From positions 186,001 through 250,000 of the forward strand of contig QPMI01000017.1 in assembly GCA_004431415.1 (NCBI GenBank): a stretch of 64,000 bases of DNA, in the 5' to 3' direction. The first letter of the stretch is position 1. Each line of letters opens with the position of its first letter. The notes below the pieces were generated by a model, which saw nothing but the letters and a program-made list of their open reading frames with translations, searched no databases and was not told the DNA's origin. Of the stretch, positions 19,457-30,190 are shown in pieces. Source of the stretch: Cyanophora paradoxa CCMP329. Lineage: Eukaryota > Plantae > Glaucophyta. Both the position numbers and the translations under genes were made by a program.

Positions 19457-22143
19457 TCACGAGTCGGGCGGGGCGGGGGCCGGCTCGCCCGCGTCTGCCC
19501 CAGCCGCGTCTGCCCTGGCGGCGGTGGGGACCTTGGCGGCCTTCTTCCGCAGCAGCCGCTCGTCCAGCCGGTTCGGGTCCTGCAGAATAAATGCTTTACT
19601 TTGAGAATCAAACAGAGAGGAAGCCTTGAAGTGCAAAGGGGATCGCGCCTTCATGACCTTGGCGGAGAGGTCGGCGAGGGCGGGGCTCTGCTTGCGCAGC
19701 GGGCCCAGCCCCTCGATGTACCCCTCCTCCAGGCTCAGCAGATCCCCCAGCTGCCGCCCCGTGAGCCGGGCGGGGGCGGGCAGGGCCGGGGCGGGCGGGG
19801 CGGACGGTGTTGATGTATGGGGCGACCTTGACGCTCACCACGAGCCGCCGGTGCCACTTCGACGTCAGCACCTGCCCGAGAGATGAGAGGGGCGGCGGGG
19901 ATGCGGGGCGGGGGCCCCGGGGCGGGGCGGGCCTGGCAGCAGTTGGCGACGACGCGGAGGCTCGGGTGCTGGGGGCAGTCGCTCTCCTCGTACTCGGGGG
20001 TGCAGGGGAGCCAGTACACCAGCCGGCCGCCCATCACCAGCGTCGACGCCTGCCCGGCGCCCTCGCATGTCAGCCTGGCCACAGGGGGGCCTGGGAGGGC
20101 CGGTGGCGGGGCGCACGGCGAAGTCGAGGAGGACGTCGGTGGTGTCGCCGAGGGTCACCGGCACCAGCCCCGGCTTCATCTCATCTTTCCTGCGCGGGTG
20201 GGGGGGTGGGGGTGGGGGGTGGGTGGGGTGGGGGGCCGGGGTAAGAGGGGGGGGATTGGGGAGGGAAAGGGTGAAGGGGGGGGGGGTAGGTAGTTATAGG
20301 TGGGGGTAGGTAGTTAAGACTCCGGAAGGGAGGGGGGCAGTCGGGCAGGGGTACGGGGATGGGTGAGGGTGGGGGTAGAGGAGGCGGGGTACGGGGGTCT
20401 GGGGGGCGGGGCGAGACGGACTGCTCGGGGGTGACGGTGAAGTCGCCCTCGCGCTTGCAGCCGAGCTTGCGAGCCCCCGCCCGGATCCCGTACGGCGGGT
20501 CGCACACCACCGCGTCGAACCACTCGCCCTGCGCGACCAGGACCGGAGCTCGAGCCTTTGAACGAAACTAAGCGGAGGGCGGAGAGGCGGGGCGTGCCTG
20601 GCGCCAGACGCGGCGGAGGATGTCGCACTGGATGACGTCGACGGGCGGCTCCAGCCCGTACTGCTTGAAGTTCGTCCACAGGTTCTTCCCCGGCACTGCA
20701 AGAAGAGTCAAAAGAGTCGAAGAGGAAGTGCGGGAGGGCGGACCCTTGCCGCGGATGATGCGCTTGTCGATGTCCGAGCCGAGGACGCGGGCCCCGAAGT
20801 GCGCGCACGCCACCAGGATCCCCGCTGCCGAGGCGGGCCGGGTCGGGTCGGAGTCTTTTAAAAAGAAGGAGCTAGGAAAAAGGGGGCGGCACCTGTGCCG
20901 ACGAAGGGGTCGTAGGCGAGGGCACCGGGGCGGGCGAGGGCGAGGTTGGCGATGAGCAGGGATAGCTCGGCGTCCATGCTCGTCGGGCCCAGGAACGCCC
21001 GCTTCTTCAGGTCGTACCGCCCCACCAGGTCCCGCCGCCCCGTCGCCACCTGCCCGCGGGGAAGGTGGGGTGGGCGGGGGTAGGGGGTAGGGGGGCGGGG
21101 GGGGGGGGGGGGGGGACCTCGCGGCAGAGGTAGACGGCGCGCATGGGGAGGTCGGGGCGCCCCGGGGGCCGCCGGACCTCGCCCTCGCCGGCCCCGCCGG
21201 CCCCGAGGCCCTTGCCCAGATTGTGGCCCCAGTCCTCGATGATGTGGAACACTGCGGGGGGGCGCGCCCGGTCAGCCACTGGGCCAGCGAATCAAGAGCC
21301 TTCCGGGAGCTGGCTTCGCCCCGCACCGTTGTCGGGCGCCGGCTTGATCCGGACCTTGCCCTCCTGCGCGCGGCCGGGCGGCTCGAGGGGTACACGGGGC
21401 GGGGGCGGGGCGGTGCAAGGCTGCGCGCACGGCGAAGGGCCGCCCGGCGAAGCGGTTGATCATGTCGAGCTTCTCCTCCATCGTGTAGGTCCGCCCGAAG
21501 CCCTCCACCTCGAACCGGAAGGTCACCCCGGGGCCCACCGCCCCCGCCGCCTCCTGCGCATTCCCCCCGCCCCCGTCGGCCCAGCGCTCCGCCGCCGCCC
21601 GAGCGGGCCGTCGCGGCGCACCATGCGCTCGACGGGGTACTCATCGAGGTTGCGGAGGAGCCCGTCCCAGTCCGCACCCTCCGCCCAGCACTCGAAGATG
21701 TTCCTGCGCGGCCGGCGTGAGAGGCGGGGCGGGGCCGGCGGGGCTGCGCGGCGCGCGCCGTGTGAGGATCGCGCGGGAGGCGATGGTGCGCGCGGCCTCC
21801 TCGTTCGGGAGGTCCACGTACAGGAAGGGCGACTGCGCCCCGCGTCAGAAGGCGGCGCCGGGCGGTCCGCCGCCCCGCGCGCACGTCGTCCGCGGCGAAG
21901 GGCGGTCGATGCGTGACAAGAGGGATGCCTGAGCGCGCGTGAGCTGCGGTAGGCGGCTGGGAGGGCCCCGGCTGCGGGGCACGGCGAGATCGCCGCACCC
22001 GCTAGCTCGAAGAGCGCTTGCAGCTCGGGGAGGCGGAACTCCAGGTGCCTGCGGGCGCGAGAAGAGTGTGAGGGGTGCGGGAGGCCGCCTCTGGGCGCTC
22101 GGCCCGCGCACCGGTGCACGAGGTAGAAGAGGTAGCGCGGCAT
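19457..22143 (-). CDS. TRM11: Host tRNA (guanine-10-N2)-methyltransferase, multi-exon
   Basis: MPRYLF..HLEFRLPEL; YDLKKRAFLGPTSMDAELS; YDPFVGT; GSDID; VCDPPYGIRAG. Confidence 0.9.
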
Positions 22144-22479
22144 CGCAGGATCGCGGCCCAGCCGGCCGCGGCCTCGCCGGAGACCCCTTAGCTAAGGTGC
22201 AGCAGCAGCGCGGGAGGCTCGGTTGCTCGGGAGACAGACTTCCTTTCAGCTCGGCCCTGACGATCGCCTACCCCGGATGCGCCGAGCCCCGCTGTCGTTC
22301 GCCGCCACCGCCGCTCTCCCGACCGATCGCGACTCGCGGGTACGTTATCACTCGCGTGCGCCGACTGGGAAGTGACCGCCGCGCAGACCGCCTTCTTTGG
22401 TTGCCGCCGCCCGGCAGTTCAGCGGACGCGGCCAGCCAGCTTCCGGAAGCACACGCGGGCGGTCACATTCGTCATAACC

Positions 22480-24002
22480 ATGTCAAAGGGCAAAGTTCTC
22501 ATCACCGGTGGGCGGCTGCCCGCGCGATCTCCGCGCGGCGCCCTGTTGAGTTGGCGGCAGGCGGGACGGGCTTCGTCGGCTCCTGGGTGACCGCGCGGTT
22601 CCTTAAGGAGGGCCACGAGGTGTTTGTCTTCGACAAGAACGTGTCGGACACGGCCCTCCTGCGCTACACGTGCGGGGACAAGGCCGGCCAGATCAAATTC
22701 GTGGAGGGAGACATCACGGACGCGGCGAGCGTCGACAGCGCCGTGAAAGGCGTCGACGGCGTCGTGCACCTCGCAGGCCTCATCGACTACGATGAGCGGC
22801 GCCGGTGCGCTCCGCGCGGCCCGGTCGGCCCCGCCGCTTGGCGCCCCCGACGCGGCGCGGCGCGCAGGCCGGCGCTGGAGGCTGTGAACGTGCGGGGCAC
22901 GACCAACATCGTCGAGGCGCGTCGCCCGCTCCGCCGGCTCCGCGCCCGCCGCCCCCGCCCCGGCTGACCACGGCGACGGCGCAGGCGTGCAAGAAGCACA
23001 AGACGAAGCGGCTGGTGCACATGTCGAGCGTTGCGGCGATCGGCTTCAGCACGGACGGCAAGACCCTCGCCCGCGTGCGCCTTTCCGCCCGGCGGCGCCT
23101 CCGCCGCGCCGCGCCGCCCCACCCACGCGCGCGGCGCGCAGGAGGACATGCCGTTCCTTGCGGAGTCGTACCACCTCTCGTACTTCGACACGAAGCACGC
23201 CTCCGAGCGCGTCGTCCTGTGCGCCCGCCCCGAGGCCGAGCCTCCCTTCTCCCCTCGAGCCTGGCGTCGCGCAGGGAGGCGGCGAAGAAGGGCGAGATCA
23301 GCGCCGTGTGCATGAACCCGACGACGATCTACGGCCCCGGGGACGCCTACAAGTCGTCGCGGAGCCAGCAGGTGAAGACGGCGAAGGGGAAGAACCCCTA
23401 CTACACGGGGGGCGGCGTGAACGTCGTGCACGTGGACGACGCGGTGGAGTGCATCTACCGCGGCTTCAAGTCGAGCGCCAGCGGCGAGCGCTACATCGTC
23501 GCGGGCGAGAACGTCACCATCCGGCAGCTGCTCGGCATGATCGCCGAGGAGGCCGGCGTGCGCCCCGCCCGCCCCGGCCCCTCCGAGGCGCCCCGCCCGC
23601 TTAAGAGAGCGGGGCGGCGCAGGTGAAGGCGCCCGGTATCTACATCCCGAACTTCGTCGTCTGGCTCCTCGGCTTCCTCCGCCTCATGAAGTTCACCAAG
23701 GAGCGGGTGCGCGGCTCGGCCCCGCCCGGGCGCCCCGCCGGCTTCCGCCTCGCTGAGCGGGGCCCGGCGGCGGCAGGCGACGGTGACGACGGTCTTCCAC
23801 TGGGCGGACAACGCCAAGGCCACCCGCGAGCTCGGCGTCCAGGCGCGCCCGCCGCAGCTTCGGCTCGCTCGCTCGGGCGTCTTCTGACCGCGCGCAGTTC
23901 CGGGGGGCGCGGGATGCGATCCGGGCGTCGGTCTCGTGGATGCGGGAGAACTGCGTGCTCGAGGGCACCGGGCCGGCCGAGGAGAAGCGCAAGCTCAAGT
24001 AG
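22480..24002 (+). CDS. Host NAD-dependent epimerase/dehydratase (extended SDR, DFR/HpnA-like), ~8 introns
   Basis: VLITG|GTGFVG, VVHLAG, NVRGTTNIV, VHMSSVAA, YFDTK (YxxxK), NPTTIYGPGD, VHVDD. Confidence 0.88.
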
Positions 24003-24081
24003 CGCTAGCCCCCCCGCCCCAGCTAGCGCCTGTCTCACATTCATCGCGTTCGGAGCTCGAGGGGGGCCGGGCTGGCGCTGG

Positions 24082-25543
24082 CTAGGGGTGCGGGGAGGGG
24101 TGGGCGGCCATGGCGCGGGCGAGGCCCTCGAGGGTGTACTCGGCGGCCTCGACGTCGACGCGCCCGAGGAGCTCGCGGCACGTGCGCGAGGTCTGGGGCC
24201 CGATGGAGGCGAGCGCGACGCCCTCCAGCGCCTCCTCGGCCGTCGCCTCGTGGACCTCCATCGTCGTCCCGGCGCCGGCCCCCGCGATGATCGAGACCGG
24301 CTGCGCGCGCTGCGCCAGGCTGCCCCGCAGCATCGCCGCGAAGTTGGCCACCGTCTTCGACGAGGCGAAGGTCACGAAGTCCACCTGCGCCCGCCCGCCT
24401 GAGGCCGGGCGCGGGGCAGGGCCGGGCGCGAGGGGCGCAGCGACCTCGCCGTCGAGGAGGGCGTCCACGGCGGCGTCGGGGAGGAGCGCGGGGCAGCGGC
24501 TCTCGTACGCCGCCACCTCCGCCACCTCGGCGCCCAGCTCCCGCAGGCCCTTCGTCAGCACCTCCCGCCCCCCGCTCTGCACCCGCGGGAACAGCACCCG
24601 CACGCCCTGTCGAGGGCGTCATGCGGGTGCGCCGGGGCGGGCGACCGAGAGGAAGCTTAAGGGGGCGGGCCTGGAGGCCGGCCTCGCGGCCCGGGAAGTT
24701 GGCGAGGAGGGAGTCGGCGTCGAAGTCCGGGGGCACGAAGTCGGGCTCCAGGCCCCAGCGCGCCAGCACGACCTGCGTCTTCTTCCCCACGACCGCGATC
24801 CGCACGCCCGCGCACGCCGCCTGCGCCTCGGCCCGCTCGTCCACCGCGAAGCTCTCCCCGGACTGCCGCGGCGCGAAGCGAGCGCGTCAGGCGCCGGCGG
24901 GGCGCGCGGGGGAGCGGGGCGGGGCGCGGCGCGGCTCGCCTTCTCGGCGGTGAGCTCGGCGGAGCGGGTGACGACGCGGGCGAAGAAGTAGTCGACGGCG
25001 TTGGCGGAGGTGAGGACGAGCCAGTCGAAGCCGCCGGCCGCCAGGCCCGCGATCCCCGCGTCCAGCTCCTCGTAGCTCGCCGGCGGCACGATCTCCAGCG
25101 ACGGCACTTCCAGCACCTGCCCGCACACGCGAGCGTGAGCGCCGGAGGGGAGGAGCGCTGGCCGCGGCCGCGGCGGCAGCGGCGCGCGCGCGCACCCGGG
25201 CCCCCTCCGCCTCGAGCAGCCGCTGGAACTCGTTCGCCTGCGACGCCGCCCGGGTGATAATTACGGTCTTGCCGGCCAGGCCGCTCGACGACGACGCCTC
25301 GGCGCGTGGGACGTGGGCGGTGGCGGCGTAGCTAACGCGCCCCGCCGGCGCGCACGGCCGAAGCGGCTGGCCGACGAAAGCACGCTCGAGAGGCGCCGGC
25401 CGGAGCTCGCGTTTCGGCCGGCGCTGCACTCGCGCGGCGGACTCCGCCCGGCAGATGTCGACCTCCGAGGCGGCGCGGGCCGGCGAGGCGCATGAGGCGG
25501 CCACCGCCAGCCCGGCGAGGCACGGGGCCGCAAACGCGTGCAT
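24082..25543 (-). CDS. hemD: Host uroporphyrinogen-III synthase, cyanobacterial type, with putative plastid transit peptide; 4 introns
   Basis: GKTVIITRA..Q, FDWLVLTSANAV, IAVVGKKT, VLFPR, AAYES, VTFASSKTV, ASIGPQTS; N-terminal MHAFAAP... extension. Confidence 0.88.
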
Positions 25544-25803
25544 CTGGCCCGCCTGCTTGATTTCGTTTGACCGGCAGGGGTAGAGGATCTCGGCGGCGAT
25601 GCCTGGCGAGCAGTCCTGCTTCGTGGGCTGCGAGCTCGCCCGCGCGGTCTCCGTAGGCAGCACGAGGATCGTGACCACTGCGCGGCTCCGCCCGCTCGCC
25701 CTCGGGCACCGAGCCTCGAGCTCCAGCCCGCCAACCCCGCTGCGCCGCGGTCCGGACGGGTGCGGCGCGCACACAGCGCCGTGCAGGAGGCCGCAACTCG
25801 GGC

Positions 25804-27793
25804 ATGGGGCGTGGCGCGAGCTCCGGGCGGCCGGATCGACCTACCTGGGCCGCGCTCTCTCGCGGCCCTTTAGCTTCGGGGCGGAGGCGCAGGAGGGGAG
25901 GAGGCTCTTCAGCGTAGCCGCATCCTCAGCTAGCTCCGAATCCTCTGCAGACAATGGCACGCGCACCGCTCCGCCGCTCCGCGCCGCTCCTCACGCGCCC
26001 CGCAGATCGGAGGCAGACGCTCTTCTCGCAGATCCGGATCACGCCGCCGGAGAAGTTCACAGTGCTGGGCATCGAGACGAGCTGCGACGACACGGGCGCA
26101 GCGGTCATCACGCACGACCGGCAGATCCTCGGCGAGGCGATCAAATCGCAGATGGAGATCCACGAGCAGTGGGGCGGCATCGTCCCCGCGCTCGCCCGCG
26201 ACGCGCACGCCGAGAACATCGACAGGGCCCGCCCCGCCGCCCGCCCCGCCCCGCCCCCTTAGCTAAGCATGTCTGCCCGCGCCCGCGCGCGCAGGTGATC
26301 AGCACGGCGCTTGAGCGGAGCGGGAAGAGCATCGAGGAGATCGACGCGATCGCGGTCACAACGGGGCCCGGGCTCTCCATCTGCCTCAAGCGCGCCCCGC
26401 CGCCCCGCGGCCCCGCCGCCCCGCCGCCCCGCCGCCCGCAGCTGATTCGTGTCCGCCAGGGTCGGCGTAATGGCGGCGAAGCGGCTGGCGGCGGAGCACC
26501 AGAAGATGTTCATCTCGATCAACCACATGGAGGGCCACGCGCTGGTGGCGCGGCTGACCTCGCCCGAGGTCTCCTTCCCCTACCTGGCGATGCTCATCTC
26601 GGGGGGGCACAACATGCTCGTCATCGCGCACGAGGTCGGCCGCTACACGCAGCTCGGCACCACCCTCGACGACGCCCTTGGCGAGGCGTACGACAAGTGC
26701 GCCCGCGCCCTCGGCCTCCCCGTCGGCGGCGGCGGCGGTCCCGCCCTCGAGAAGCTCGCGCTGGAGGGCAACCCCCTCGCCTACCGCTTCACCCTGCCCC
26801 TCCAGCAGGCGCGCCGCGCCCGCAACCCCACCCCGGCCACTCCCGCTTTTCTGACCGGGCCTGTACCCCCGCAGACGAAGAACTGCGACTTCTCGTACGC
26901 CGGCCTCAAGACCGCCGCGCGCCTTGCCGTCGAGCGGGTACGCGATTCTTTCGCTTTCACTTCACGATGGCCGGTGCGAAGGTGGGCGGGGGCAGGCGGG
27001 GGACATCAGCGCGCCGAGCGCGCACGGGGGCAGCGGGACGGTGGCGGCGGACATCGCGGCGTCCTTCCAGAAGGTGGCGACGCAGCACCTGGAGGAGCGC
27101 ACGCGGCGCGCCGTCGAGTGGGCCCGCACCGTCGAGCCCGGCATCCGCCACCTCGTCCGCCCCGCCCCGCCCCGCGTTCCTCCCGCTCGCCCTCCCCTGC
27201 TGAGGGGGCGGCAGGTGGCCTCCGGGGGCGTGGCCTCCAACCAGTACATCCGGGCCCGCCTGGGCGCCGTCGCCGAGGAGGCCGGCCTCACCCTCGTCTG
27301 CCCCCCGCCCCGCCTCTGCACCGACAACGGCGCCATGATCGCCTGGGTCCGCCCCCGCACGCCCGGCCGGCCAAGCTCCCCGGTGGCGTGTTGACCCCGG
27401 GGGCGGCGAGCGCAGGTGGGCGTCGAGCGGCTCGCGCGCGGCATCATCGACGACCCCGAGAAGGCCCGCCCGCCCGCTTGGTGTCCCGCCCGCGTGCTCT
27501 CACCGTGCCTCGCAGGTGGACCTGCGGCCGCGGTGGCCGCTGGGCCCGCAGTACCAGGGCGAGGGCTACATCGCCTCTGCCGCCAAGCGCGGCCGCGCCG
27601 AGAAGAAGAAGGGTGCACCCCGTCCCGGCCCCGGCCCCGGCCCGGGCCCCCGAAGGCGGCGCTGGCTGAGCGACGCGGGGCGGCAGACGTGTACCAGGAC
27701 CTCACGACGTGGCAGGCCCTACAGCACCCGGATGGCCCCGGCGGCGACGGCGCGGAGGCGGAGGCCGCCGAGGCCCGCGGCAGCGCCGTGTAG
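25804..27793 (+). CDS. tsaD: Host organellar tRNA N6-adenosine threonylcarbamoyltransferase (TsaD/Qri7/OSGEPL1), 9 introns; start uncertain
   Basis: [69 protein letters not shown]. Confidence 0.92.
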
Positions 27794-28130
27794 GGGGGGG
27801 GCTTGCCCGTGTCACCATTCAAAAGAAATTCTTCAAAAAAAGGGGGGGGGAGGGGGAGGGCGGAGGGGGAGGGAGAGATCGGAGGCGGAGGCCTAGGGGT
27901 GGCATGGGGAATGGGAGTAGAAGGTGGGAGGAAGGGAGAGGGGGGCCAGGGACGTTGCGGCGAAGGGAAGGAGGGGCGTGGGGGGGGCGGGGGGGGGGGG
28001 GGGGGGGGAGGGGGGGGATGGAAGGAGGGAGGAGGGGGAGGAATTGGCGGGTGGCGATAGGGGGGGAGGGAATACGAGATGGAAGGTGGGGTAATGGGGA
28101 GAGGGGGGGGGGAGACGGGAGGGGAGCACA
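27794..28130 (+). repeat. G/purine-rich low-complexity tract between convergent host genes
   Basis: Long G runs (e.g. ~27989-28008); similar tracts at 20200-20410, 21060-21116 and a C-rich tract at 31000-31155. Confidence 0.8.
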
Positions 28131-28173
28131 CGGAGCTCTCCCCCGGGGCTCTGGGCGCTCTGTTCGAGAGCGC

Positions 28174-30190
28174 CTAGTACAGCCGGTTCTCGAAGTTCGC
28201 AAGCCAGGCGGCTGCATTCACGACGTACCTGCGAAGTGCCGGGACCGAATGGGAGTCAGAGAAGCGGAGCCACCGCGCGCTGGCGAGCAGTAGGCGGGGC
28301 GGGGGGTGGGGGGGGGGGTACGCGGACCGCGCGGTGCCGGCGGTGTCCCACTCGTTGTAGAGCCTCGTGAACCCGCCGTCGAGCACCGCGCGCCGGCCCT
28401 GCTCCTCGATGTACGCCGAGACGACCTGGCGGCCCGCGCGACGGGCTGCTGAGTTCCGGGAGAGGAGTGCGAAGCGAGGGGTGGGCCCACCTGCCCGGAG
28501 GAGCCGCGCACGAGCGTCCTGAGGCGTCGGTTCTGCTGTATCGTGGAGACAGTGTGGCCTTCGAACAGTTCCGTGAGGCCTGCGGGGGGTCAGGCGCTCT
28601 GCCGAAGGGCGAGAGGGGAAGGGGACACCCGTCGTGATCGCGTGGGGCACGAATCCGGCGGGGCCAGGCAAGCACCCCTGTGTCGCTGCGTAGTCCGGCG
28701 CTGCCGGAAACGTCAAGGGTCGCGGGAGGCGTGCAGGGGGCCCGGGACAGGGCGGACCGCGCCGGACGACGTCGCCACCCTCCTCGCTCCCCGTCATGTT
28801 GCAACTGAAGAGCCTCTGTGTGATGCGGTTCGCGTTTCGGATGAAGGGCTTGTTGTCGCCCCTGCAAGGTGGTCAGGAGGACAGCTTCAGGCGTTTAGTA
28901 GTGGGGGGAAAGGGGGTACAGCGCCGCACCAGATGAAGAGGCCGCGGCCAGAGTTGAAGAAGCGCTGGATGCGATCGATATGCGCCCGTTCGAGGCCGTT
29001 CTCGTCACTTCCCGAGATGATCCAGAGCTGGCAGGCTTCGTCGAGCACCCGGCTGAACTCGTGCAGGGGAGGGGCCGGGCCAGGCCAGCGATGGACCTTG
29101 AAGCCTTTGGCGCGGAGGGCGGCCGCGGGGAGGCTGAAGTCGAATGGAGCGCCGTCCTGCGCGGGGACGACGTCGCCGGGTCGCAGGAAGCGCCTCTTCT
29201 GAAAACGGTGCCCCATGGGCGCCGCCTCCCCGCCCGTGTACTCCTGCGGGGCCGGCGCGTCGGCGCCCAGAAAGCGCGCGAGGGCGGGGCCGCACGTGGA
29301 GGACTGCAATGGTGAGGCCGCGGAACGCCCTGTCAGCGCCGAGATCGAACTCGCTCCCGGCCGCGTTGCCGAAGCGGTCGCGGGGCGCGCGCGCGACGTC
29401 CGTCTCGCCGGCGTGCAGGTTGTAGACGCGCATGAGCATGAGCGTGTCTCCCGACCGCACGGACATCGCCGAGAGCCGCACAGGCAAGCCGTCGATGAGC
29501 GCCTGCGGCGCGGGGCGCGTTGGCGCGAGGCGCGAGGCGGGTCGGACGAGGGCGCACCCTGATCTCGACGTCGTCTCCTCCTTCCGGATCCGCGACGAAG
29601 ATGCGCTGCTGCTGCACGGGCACGCCAAACGCGGTTTGGACGCTGTTCTTCAGATCGAGCCCCGTCGCGCCAAGCGGAAGGCGGATCTGCTTTTCGGAGC
29701 CGTCCATCGAGCGTACGCGGAACACGTATTCACTGCCGCTCGCGATGCTCCCGCCGCTGCTGGGGCCAGCGACGACATCGCCGCCGCCGCTGCTGCTGGG
29801 AAAGCCAAACAGGAAGCTCCTGCCGGCCGCTGCGGCGGGTACCGGTGCGGCTGCAGCTGCGAGCTCGGGCGCCGCTTGCTGCTGGGGCTCCGCGGGAATC
29901 CCGTCGAGGAAGAACGCGCTAGCATCGAGATCCTTGACCTTGGAGGCGACAGCCGCGCGCTCCGCTTCATCGAGTTCAGCGCCGCATCCAGCGCGCGGGC
30001 AGTGCGCGGCCGACTGAAGGCACTGCGCGAGCTGCGTCAGACACGTGCGGAAGATGCGCGGTGTCGGAAGGCCGCGCACCGGAGCACAGGCTCGCGGGAG
30101 ATGGCCGCAGCGCAGCCGCTTGGTGAAGTGGTCGCGCAGCGGCCGGAGCTGTCCGCAATGGACGCACTCGAGCCCTCCGTCGAGCTCCAT
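28174..30190 (-). CDS. Host protein: RING-like Zn finger + ubiquitin-like domain + uncharacterised alpha/beta domain
   Basis: CVHC..RCGH..C..C...CPRAGC; VRSMDGSEKQIRL...LKNSVQTAFGVPVQQQRIF (Ubl); C-terminal FDFSLPAAAL..GF..QLWIIS..GLFIWGDN. Confidence 0.72.
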
